A stretch of 64,000 nt of DNA. Source: Camelus dromedarius. Taxonomy: Eukaryota. The stretch covers positions 9,114,001 through 9,178,000 of the forward strand of contig NC_087436.1 in NCBI RefSeq assembly GCF_036321535.1, read 5' to 3'. Of the stretch, positions 52,722 through 64,000 are shown one piece after another; within the stretch, counting starts at the first letter, position 1, and each line of letters opens with the position of its first letter. The notes beneath the pieces were generated by a model. It saw nothing but the letters and a program-made list of their open reading frames with translations, did no database searches and was not told the DNA's origin. The translations under genes were made by a program, and so were the position numbers.

Positions 52722-55700
52722 GGTTCCTCTATTTCTGTATTCAATTTACTACACAGGTTAAATTTCTGAGTGTTAGTTTATTTTCCCTGAAATATGACAC
52801 CAAACAGGCACTTTTTTTTCTTGTTTGATAAAATGAAGATATTGATTTATAAAAACCTGACCAAAAAGTCCTTTTAATACTGAGCATGCTATAGCGGAAA
52901 TAACACTCACCTAAAAGTCAAAAATGGATTAGACTTATGGCTGTGTTCCTAAACTGTTTTCTGAACAAGTGTCTCCCAGCTAATGCACAGAAGCCTCTTC
53001 ATGAAGTGAGTCCTTTATGGCACCTTTAACCCTTTTCCCTTCAATCTCTCAATAGTCTCATTTCATTTCACCTTCCAGCCATCCTTATGCAGTGCCTTTT
53101 TCCACTTTTCTTCATTCACCTGACCTCTGAAAGCTGATATCCCAGCTTAATGTTAGATTCAAACAAGAAAATTTTAATCAGAATAATAAAGTTCATTTCT
53201 CCTTTGTCTTTTTATTTTTATGTTCAATACTAGATCAAAAAAAAAATAAGGAGCAACAGCTGCATGTCACAGTAATATAAACTGAAAGATATAAAAAATA
53301 CCTTCTTTCTTTTCAAAGTAAGTACCAGCTGGAAGTGATTATGCAAACCAAAACTAACCAACCACATCGATCGCAGTTTTTCTCTCTTTTCTCCTATACA
53401 CTACGGATGTAACTTACTACATATTGCAAAATGGTAGCTAAAAATTAGCAATTTTATATATGCTTGGCGTGAAAGACCTGTTATTCCACTTTGTATCTAA
53501 ACTACAATAAATTTGCCTATTTGCCTGATATAATATGAAAAAAATGAAAAATGATGCTTTGAAAGTTTAAACGTAATAATATATTATATGACCTTGAAGA
53601 TATTGCCCTGGTTCAAGAGTAGAGAAAATTATTATAGGTTATGTCTTCTGAATTCATTGCCTTCTACCTTGATGAGCACTTAAAATGTAAATTAAGGGAG
53701 AATACAGCTCTTAGGATTGACTCTGCCTAAAATCCCAAAGGTACTATGTTATAGATTTTATTTGCTATTAAAAAAAATCATTGCAATTTTGTCAATGTCA
53801 GACATTTTAAATTCAACCTATTCCAGACCAAATTTTCTAGCAGCCTATGTTCTTTAAATCTGGAACTACACTTAGTATAGAAGGGAAAAAAAAATCTGTC
53901 ACAGTTTAGCAATGAATTCCTGCATAAGAAACGACTTAATTTTCCTCTGTATTTAAAACTGAAATGCCAGCGGAGAAACTCTCCCGTTCTTTCAGACCAG
54001 CTGAATCTCAGAGGAATTTCTAGCTGAGATTCAGGAAAGTGTGGGGAGAGTCCAAGGATAGAGCCCAGAGTCAGCAGAAGTCATTGTGACCCAGTATATT
54101 TTCCAGAAGGACCTCATGCCTCCCCAGAAGGGGAGATCTTAGCCACCTGGTATGCAGAAGAAAGAGGAAACTTGATTAAAGTTACTTCTAGCTCCCCGGG
54201 AGGGGATTCTCACAGTTTCTCAGCATCAAAACCTCCATGTTTTCCTGGGAGATAGGAAAAGCAGATAGTAAAGCATATAGATCAACTTCAGCTAGGTCAC
54301 AAAAGAGGGACACATTCCCAGAGATCTGAAGCAAAGCAGACAAGAGTATTGGAAACTTCCCAGGAAACTCCTAACAGGAATTAACAGGAGCTATTCCAGC
54401 CAGGTATGCGGCCAGTGGTGACCAATGATCAAAACACAAGTCATTAATTAGCAAAAGCCCAGCAAAAGTCGAGGTAGTTTTCAGCAAGTGACGTAAGAGA
54501 ACTTGCATTTTATGTTATAACCAACAGTTTTCAAAATTCACAAGTAAACTACAGATAAAAGGTTGGATTAAGAAGAAGAAGAAAAAGGAACATTTTATCA
54601 GATAGGGGAAGAAAGAAAACTGAAGACGGAAAACACAATCAGTCATACAATGTTTTATATTGTAACAGTAAAGAGAATATTTGGGATATTTACTCAGAGA
54701 CAAGGATACCATGTGCTTTCACAATCTTGATAACAAGCTATCAACATAAAATCCACCAGTGTAGGTAGCCCAGATACGTGAGTCCAGTCAATAAAACTAA
54801 CAGTTTACTAGAGTCTACAACCTAGAAACACATTTTTCTAGAAGAAAATAAAGGCAAGGCACAGGGACCAATGCGATCTCTGAAAATCTCACCTGTGAGG
54901 CTTTTGGGGGTGAGTCCTTCTAATTAAATTGAGGGGTAAATACTACATGGAATGGAACTACATAAAATTGGAGCTGACTTGCCACTCCATCGAGATGCTG
55001 CCTCTAATGTGAAGGCAGCTAACAAAAATGTAGTCCCTTGCAATTCTGCAAAATCCACAGTAACTTGACAATCAATATTTTTATTTTATATATATATTTG
55101 TTTAAACCATTTTGGGTCTCAATTCCTCTTCTTCTCTGGATCATGAATATGTAAACCTCACAGCAGAATTGGTTGGGATGGAGACCAATTAACATTTATT
55201 TGCCTTCCTTTGTTCTCCTGGAATTAGAACCAGAAATGACCCTAACAATGCCTTGCAGCTAGGGGTTGAAAGAAAGGCCTCTCAAGTTTCTTTAATAAGG
55301 GAACCTATTGCCGAATGGGTCCTTGAGCACCCAGAGAGGAGCCAAGAAAATACTGAATAAAAGCTGGAAAGCCTATCAAAACTTCCCTCAAGCACACTTA
55401 AATGCTTCTTTTATTTCATTATTTTTTTTGAAAAAGCAAGGTACAAGCTGGACTCAGCCCGCTGACTGTCCTGTAGTTAAACACACAATTAGCTGAGACC
55501 AACCCTTAGAGGGCAGAATTGCCCAAAAAGCACAGGGAAAAAACTACCTCAGGGAATGCAGCCGCCCCTCAGCTTTGGCTTCTGACTTCTTGTATTTTTA
55601 ATAAATTTCTGACTATAGTCTCTAGTTTTTACTTTTAAATATAATGTATATAATTTCAAATTTAATGTATACAATTCATCCAAATATTTAATGGATTGGG

Positions 55701-55899
55701 ATAAAGCCAAAATTTTTAAGAAAAAAAATCCTCCTTTTCTCAAAAATATTTTATTTTCAGCTAAAGTTTTTTTCACTTTAGTTTTTTATTTGGTCTGGAA
55801 TTAATCTGAGGTGTGGCTTGAGGACAAGATTTTATTTTATTTTTATTTTATTTCATTTTACTTGCATTTTAATTTTATTCTATTTACAATTTCTGAAAA

Positions 55900-57300
55900 A
55901 AGTTTATCTGCTTTATAATTCTGTCCTGGTTAAATACTAGGTTTGGTGCATCTGTGATTAGGTTTTTTAAATTCTCTATTTGGTTCCATTAACTTATCTA
56001 TTCCTAGGCAGATGTCACAGATTGTAATGACTGGAGTTTGATAAGAATTCTTGCTATTCAGTAAGGAAAACCCTTGGTCTTTTCTCCTTCCATATCCATT
56101 TCAGAATGAGCACATGAAGGTCTTTAGCAGAATGTGTTGCCATGCATGTTTGATTTCCATTTATTTTTAATTCTTCATAAAAATTTACTGTAGCGGTTTA
56201 CTATCTAAGCAGCACACGAAATTTTTTAAACCCTTATGAAAAGCTGTCTTTAATAGGTGAATATACATTTTTTACATGTATTAAGACTGCAGACATATTT
56301 TAACAGATTTCTGCAGTTTTTTTTTTTTGCATGTGTGTTGTTTTTTAACCACTGTCTATCTTTGATTCTTTTGTTTCCTCTCCTACATTCTGTTGGATTG
56401 ATACACTTTGAATACATTCTCTTTTTCTCACTTAGAAGCTGAAGAGGAGTTTCTATTGTCCAAAGTATTCAATAGATGATCTTTCTTCTGAACAAGAAAA
56501 AATCTTAAGCTTTAAATATTTTGATCTTATATGAAATTAACAAGAATAACTGCTTTACTTTTAAAAGACAATAGATTATTATATTTAAAGTCAAAAGTGA
56601 TATCTAACTTCTGTTTTGTCATTTTTTCCTTGTACATCACACATTTCTAGTGGTTTACTTGCATGAAGTAAACTTTTCTATAATTTTTCAGTGTGGGTCA
56701 AAGAGAAGCAAATTCTCTTGTGTTTTGTGTCTTAAAATATCTTTGTCTTGCTCTTACTATTAGATCATATTTTAGAGAGGCTAGTCATTCTAGGTTGGTA
56801 GTGTTGCCTCTCCAGCACTTTCAAATGTCTGTGGCATGTACTGCTTTGATGACAAGTCATCTGTTAATCTATTTGTCACTCTCTAGAGGCAATGCGTTCT
56901 TCCTTGGTAGCTTTTAATATTCTCCTTGTTAATTGTTTTCTTCTGTTTTTTTTTTTTTTTTCAGCAATTTCCTCTTGGCGAATTTCTCAATAGTACTTTG
57001 CGATTTATCATTTATTTTTCTTTTTGTGTATAATCTAATGTCTTTCCATTTAACTGTTACTTTAATGGTCTATTTGTTTTGTCAAAGTTTCAAATTGTTT
57101 TCTCTTTTAAAAATATCAACTTATTTTGTCTTTGATTTATCCTGACTTCATTTCATAATGCCTTCTTATTGTTGCACATTATGCATTCTTTTACTTATTT
57201 GATGATCTTAAATATAACAATTTATAAATTTTTCAGACTTAAAAAAATTTCTTCTAGAACATAATCATCTTCAATGCCATCTTTGCTTATTTATTTGTAG
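55900..57300 (-). mobile_element. Old L1 (L1ME-like) fragments including ORF1 C-terminal region
   Basis: T-rich strand. gcaaattctctt...ttctaggttggtag...cagcactttcaaatg...aagtcatctgttaatct. Confidence 0.6.
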
Positions 57301-60300
57301 CATTGGTGGCCCCGGTCCCACATTTGCAGCTCTGGACTCCTGCCTCTGCTCAAAGCACCGCAGTATCACCAAGCTTGTGGTCAGCTTGCCGGATCACAAG
57401 AATATTTTTTTTTTTTTTAAAGTGACTAGCTCTCTCAATACAATAAGTTATTTAAGTTGCAGAACCAATCAGACTTTTTTCTCCATCTCAAATCAATACT
57501 ATTCCAGTCCCTGGACTCAGTTTGCTTCTGGCCCCTCCATGAATTTGCATGGAAAGGTTTCTTTCCCATTAACTCAAAAGTACTAATTGTCCAGGCGACT
57601 TTACCTGCTTCTCTTGTATATCCTTCGATTTTGCCACCAAATCCTCCCCTTCCCCACAAAGTTAGACCTCTTTGATTTCCCTTATTATTATATGTTTTAT
57701 GCTTGGGAAGAGCCTCAGAGAACAACTAGGGAAACAAATTCTGTTTTGTTTTGTTGTGCCTGTGTACTGACGGAGATGCGCTCACACTATAATCCATGCA
57801 AGTAATTGTACTTGCAAAGATGAACCAAATATTAACGATTTATTGTGTAGGTCCAAAAAATAAATTTGTGTTGTTAAGAATTCAAAAAAAAAAATGGGTT
57901 TCACAGAAATATCATTTGCTAGTCATTTAATGATTATTGTTTTGGAAATTTCCTTAGGCAATTTAAATGCATGTTTGTTAACTTCTTTCGTGATAAAAGT
58001 TAAGTGGACAATGTTTTTGCATTTATAAGTGTTTTAAAATATAAACATGGATACAAAAATGCTAATTTTACATTCTATTGGTGTATGACTGGGCCTTCAC
58101 CGTAAAAGTCTGGAGAAAAGAAGACAATGCCAACCTGAACGGAGGGTCTTTTATAAATATTAGTCAAAAAGTGACATATTATTATTCAATTCATAAACTA
58201 ATAGAAATGTTTTGGTGGTCCAAATTGATAATATGTGAAAGTCATGAATTTATTGGATTTACAACCCTGGAAATAATTCAAATGATGCATTAGGGAAATT
58301 TTTATACATTAAAAAAAAATCTGTCTGTTTGTAGTGATTTCCAGAAACTATAGAGCAAGTGATTAATATGCTAAATTTAACTTACTGCCAACATAAATTC
58401 AATGAAATGTGAATTTTATAAAATTTTATAAAAACTAGAGTTTTATATTTGAAAGGCATCTTAGAATTGATGTAGTCAAAAGTCAATTCTCACAGATGAG
58501 GGAAAAAAAACAGTATAATGAGTCAAAATTGGATGGTACTTAGCTAATTGCTTCTAGTAATAGATGTAGACTATTTATAGACACATGTATGGGAATATGT
58601 CTAGACATAAAAGTTCCTGATACCTAGAGTTCTTTTCAAGTTTTTAATTGAAGATTCTAATTGAATACGTCCATATGAGTATATTAATATTATAGGAGAA
58701 CGATATCTAGAATAAGAAATCAGGATAAAACTGCTGATAATTTCTTTATCCTGTTCTAGCAATGTGTTTGGCTATTTAGCACGCATACTTCTGTAACAGT
58801 GCTTGTAAATGACATTTTTTTCTCATTGTGGAAATGACTTTATACACAAGAGGTCAGTCACACTTTGGCAGTGTGTTACCTCCAAGTTAAATTTAACTTT
58901 GGTACCTCACTGCTCAAGACTTTATTTTTATCTTTAATTAATTTGTGTTGTTAACAGCCACTTCTTACATAAGCAGAATGCTTTGAATGTTGTAGTGTGA
59001 CTTGTCATCATTTGCATTTTAAGTTTAAAAAAAAGTTCTCCCAGGGAACACAAGTGGAATTTAATATTTCCAAAAAAAAAAAATCTCTGCAAGTCTTCAT
59101 ATATAAAAAAATATGTAAAGAAAAGTAATAAGTGAAAAGAAAACTTTGACAGTATACTTGATGTTATACAGCAAATTCTTAATTAAAACATAGTAATCAA
59201 AACACACATAATAAAAAAAAATCAAGAGAACATTATTTATGTTCTTCTCCCCAGAAGAATGTTAACCCAATGCTGTATAATTGTGAAACCTTTCCAAATT
59301 GGCATTGAACTGTCTCCTGTCAGTATTAATAAGAGAAGGCATCTCTCAGTCCCACGCTGAAAACAAAATAAAATGAAAACAAAAGCAAAACCCGTTACAT
59401 TGGAATCAAATATTAATTTAATGCAAATTAAATAATCCATTTCATATGAGTATCTTATGCAAATACTACATTTAAATAAATAATAAAACAATTTTTAAAA
59501 CTTTATTGCTTTACAGATCGTACTCTGAAATACATTTGCTATGAAGGGAAGAGAGGAAGCGCTTAATCAAACAAAGCCATCAATTCCTTTTAGATTTACT
59601 CATCACAAGATTTAAAATGTGCCATTTTTTAAGAGGCAACGTGGTAGCACTATAAATACAGTTGACGAAGACGATACAGTGAGATGGCCAATATGAAGCA
59701 ATAGAATTAGAAGAACCTAGAGGCATAAAATCCACACAGGTGTGGAACATTTCTCATTGTCTGAAATCACCCTGCCGTTTTAAGCAACAAACTGAAGGTC
59801 TTGTAAAATGATTTTCTCCTGCTATCCCTGAGCACTTGACAAAGTGTTTAGGAAAAAAAAAAAAAAAATCATGTGTGTCTGGTCTTTGAGAAACTTTCAC
59901 TTTGTTTTCTGTTTTCAGTGTCTCCGTAAGTTCATTCCAAAGGAATATTCCTAGATCCAAAATTCCAGTATTACCCGTATAAAATGTTCCCTCTTAACTA
60001 CATTTTCACCCGTCATCAAGTGTGTCATAAATCGATTCATGGGTTTGAAGATTATAGTCTTTTGAAATGAACTCAGTCAAGCCTGAACATTGTGAACATT
60101 TTCTATGCAACCGATTAGAAAGTGCACGAGCAAAATACCTAAGACCTATGTAAAAAGACAGGTATTACCCTTAACAATCATATGTTTCAAATGACTGATA
60201 ACTACGTTAAATTAAAAAGCTCCAAAAGAATGTGATCATCTTCTTTCTGTTTTGTATTTACATTAGCTGCATGAGCTCAGAGACAACCATAGGAAAAACT

Positions 60301-60499
60301 TTTTTAGATATGTGGAGGCCGACAGAGTTAAAATGATATAATAATAACAGTAGCAAACAATAGCAAGTTATCAGTTCACCTTATCAACACTTCCATAATG
60401 TAGGTGTGGTAAGAAGTATTAAATACGGTCAATGATTATGCCTTGAACATATTTCTGTGCTTACGGACATGATGTGTTCTCTTAAGCCTTGGTAATATA

Positions 60500-60735
60500 T
60501 AATATTAGTCCTTGTTAATATATATATATCAATCCATATATATAATCTTATTATATATATAATATATAGAATCCTAATATATATAATATATGTATAATAT
60601 ATAACATTAGTCCATACTAACATATATGTCAATCTTAATATATAATACTATTATATATAATATATAATCCTATATATTATATATATGTATAGTATATAAT
60701 ATTAGTCCTTGTTAATATATACATGTCAATCCTAA
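60500..60735. repeat. Degenerate AT-rich tandem repeat, unit about 95-102 bp, about 2.3 copies
   Basis: ATTAGTCC anchors at 60504, 60606 and 60701, each followed by ...TCAATC. AATCCTA at about 60570 and 60666. Confidence 0.8.
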
Positions 60736-61689
60736 TAGTGGTAGCTTTAAGCCACATTGCTCATTAGATATATGAATAATGTTAAATAGAAAAGAAAATT
60801 GCTTTTAAACATCTATTTTTTTACAGACATATTCTAGCCCAAAGACTTATAGCCCATGTGAATGTGTCGTTTGAATTAGACCACAGCTTGCATTATGCTC
60901 ATTGCAAATGCGGCGGTCCAGTGGGTTTACATACCTTCGTCCGGTGCATTCATCAAAATTCAGTCTCATCAGATGATTTAAGAAGATGCCTAAGCCAGCA
61001 GGAACGCATTACTACACGATCACCCCTTAAATTACATAGCGTTAGAATCTCAGGTGTCATCTGGGTAATCTGAATGATCACGGGCCATGCTTTCTCACTG
61101 GGAAGATCTTCTATTATTTCTTATTTGTGGGCCAATAAAGCCCTAGTTATATTTCATACTAAACCAATAAATCCACGACAGCCTTTGTCGGCATTCACAC
61201 AGAGAAAAAAGTGTGGGCTGTGCTTATAACAAGGTCACAACTGCTTCATATCAAAAACAACTAAATTTTAGAATGGAGGACTCTTTGGCCGCTTAGGGAC
61301 CAGTTCATTGATCTTCTCTAAAACTGGCCATCTGGTGGCATCGTTTCGAATTGAAGTCACGTTCCCAAAGATGTACTCTGTTCTCTGGAGGATGTGGCTA
61401 AGCCATTCAACTCCCTTTACGGAGATTATAGTCATCAAATGTCAGAATGACATAAAATTAGTCCATGGAATTGAAGAGTACCTGCTGTAGAGGGGGTTTC
61501 TCACTGAGAGAAGACTCCCTGGGCTAGGTGGACACCAGCCGCATCCAAATGAAAGTCAAGAGCTTCAGCAGGAGGCGCGGGGTGCGCGCTGACGCTGCCC
61601 GTGTCCTTCCCCCCTCGCTGACTCTCCCAGCCTCTGTATTCAGACAGGCAGACCTGATGCTGTGCCCACAGCTGTCAGATTTTGGTGGG

Positions 61690-61842
61690 CAAGAGAGTTT
61701 TAAATAGAGTGCTGTTCTGAGGCTCAACCAGAGAGATTCTGATTTCAGGGTCCTTAGCTGAGATCCAAGAATCTGCATTTCAAACAGGTATCCTAGGTGA
61801 CCCCAGTCCTGGCAGAGAAGGCCCCAGACTTGTGAAACACTG
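61690..61842. mobile_element. MER5A-like hAT-Charlie element
   Basis: ccagagagattctgattt...ccaagaatctgcatttcaaacagg...cctaggtga...cttgtgaaacactg. Confidence 0.65.
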
Positions 61843-62839
61843 CCCTGGACTATCTGCTCTATTCACATAGGACACAGATTAACCTCAAAGCGCACGGATT
61901 AAACTTGCACATCGCGGTCTACGAAAAATACTTGTGGCTGATGATTTGCTTCTTTGATGAAACTGAGTGTGGAATTCCAGAGCCAGGAGATCCGTTTTGT
62001 TCTAGACCTAAGCAGGGGCGGGCCGAATCACATCTATTTCAAGTATCCTGATTTACAGGGCTGGGGGCCAGAAAAAACACAGAGGTCAGATACGGGGCAC
62101 TTTAGAATTTCAAAAATTTAATCTTTCCACCCTGAGAGGGAGGAACTTGGTAGCGGCGTTAAAAATCCCTGCCTTGCCAGTTCGTCAGAGTTTGACAATA
62201 GGGCACCTTTGTTAGAGGTGAGAGAGATGAAATCATTTTCAGAAGCGGGAAGAAAGTGCAATCAAGGAAACTGCAGGCATCTGTATTTCTCTGGGGGATT
62301 TTGCTATCTGCTCTCTGGGAGGAACTAATTCCAACTAATCTAGGGGAGGAAGTTGTTGGGCCCCCTAAGATTGTCAACCTGTGAACTCTCATATGCTATT
62401 CAGTTACTGTAACTAATTATTTTAAAATCTGGCTTTGGCTTAATTATTAGAAATTGATCAAAACTGTCTCAATCTGTAGCAAAGAAGTAGTAGCAATAGA
62501 ATTCTAATGTTCAGAAGCTGAGAGTCGAGCTTCATCTAAGTATCTTTGTGTGCTTTTGAGCTTCTGATAATATTTGTAGTTTTCCAAAACACGAATAAGG
62601 TAGAAATGAGAGTCTGGTCTGCAGTGTACAATTAAGAAATTCCAAGGTCACACAGAGAACATTAGAAGGTCACCCTGAGTCTCCCTCTGGGGTCCCCACT
62701 CAGGTTTTCTACAGCATACAAAGCAGAAGAGGGGGACTACCCTGATGGCCACTGATGACTTTTTCTTCAACTCCCTGTGCTTTTTTTCCTCCTCATTCTT
62801 CCTTCTTCTCGCCCTCATTTGTTCCTTGTTTAGGTATTC

Positions 62840-63419
62840 TGTTAGAGCAGGCAGATAGCTAGATAGGAGCAGAGTAAGGGGGGCACAGACCAAATGCAGG
62901 AAACCCTACAACATGTAAGCACCAGGGGTCCCTGGGCAGAGAAAGAAAAGCAGGAACCTTTGGGCTGGTAAGTGGTCATACCTTTTTAGCTGATGAGTAG
63001 CCTGGAGACTGACAAAGAAAGGTGGGAAAAAGCAGAAATCTCCAGTGTCCAAATGCAACCTTTTGCTCATTACACCCTCATTTCAATAAAATTAGCCTTG
63101 TAGATCAGAAGAACCCATCATGCACTGACATCATGGACTAAACATGGACAAAAATCTCTCCTCCCCTCGGGAAGGTGGAGTTGGGATGAAAATCAGTGAA
63201 TATGACCTCAAACCCTCCCCTCCCCAGTGAATATTCTGCCCATTCATTTTTACACCCTATGTAAGCAACTTGCCAAAGAAACTCAGGGCAGCCTGCCCGG
63301 TCTCCCCTCGAGAGTGCACTATCCATCCCTTAAAAAATCCCCACTTAGCTTTTTCAACCTCCATATATCCTCTCTGAATTCTTTTGCAGCTGGACAAGAA
63401 CCTGTATTCGTGGGCAACA
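62840..63419 (+). mobile_element. ERV1-class solo LTR
   Basis: TGTTA...CAACA termini with 4-bp TSD ATTC (62836-62839 and 63420-63423). Confidence 0.88.
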
Positions 63420-64000
63420 ATTCCATGCAGCATCTTATTTTACTACAAATACTGACAACATTCAGATACTTTAAAATGATGCCCTTCTCTCAGTCTCGGT
63501 CAGTGTTTTAGCTGGGGCCAGGCACAGGGTGGCCTAGATAAATACTCCTAAATTGAAGCCATAAAGCTCTATCAGAAGTAGTTCCTTGGAAATTATGAAC
63601 CTTCCTAAATTTGGGATAACTGGCACCTTAAAGAGATGCTTCCTTTCTTCTGTGTCTGCCTCGAAGGGATTTGCAGTGAGCAAGTCTAGAACACAAAGGA
63701 CAGAGATCACAGTGCTCATGTGCCCGCTTCTCCTCTGTCTGTCGGGACCCATTGTTATCTGGCGTCCCCACAGCTACCCCCGTTCTCCGGGGCTCTCTGA
63801 CATTTTCCCTGTCTCCAAAGGAACCGAACTCATTGTGCTTACGTTGGAAATGCACCTAATCCTGAGAGCTGGGGAGATTGTGATCTGGCCCCAACTTTTG
63901 TAAATCACTGAAATTGTTTTGATTCTTTTTTTTTTTTTTTTTTTTTTTTTTTTGGTCAATCATAGGAGTTGGCGTGAATGAACTTCTGGTCTCTTAAAGC

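Overview
AT-rich mammalian genomic DNA, very probably camelid, because it carries two Vic-1-type tRNA-Ala-derived SINEs and cetartiodactyl-type L1 3' ends. The whole window appears to lie inside the minus-strand gene FSTL5 (follistatin-like 5). The only coding sequence I can support is one 142-nt exon at 44056-44197 (-). It holds 16 nt of 5'UTR, the start codon and 42 codons including the signal peptide ([42 protein letters not shown]). I found no upstream non-coding exon and no next coding exon. The rest is intron filled with transposon fossils: old and young L1, L2, CR1/L3, MIR, MER5-type DNA elements, and ERV1, ERVL (MLT2) and MaLR (MLT1) LTRs, several with readable target-site duplications (TSDs), plus microsatellites. 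All other ORF-track entries look spurious. I see no evidence for a wholly new multi-gene system. The best leads are (1) a recursive-splice-site or cryptic-exon architecture upstream of the coding exon, interrupted by a camelid SINE, and (2) a short L1 insertion showing both twin-priming inversion and 3' transduction inside a 13-bp TSD. Repeat subfamily names are from visual recall of consensus sequences, not from a search.
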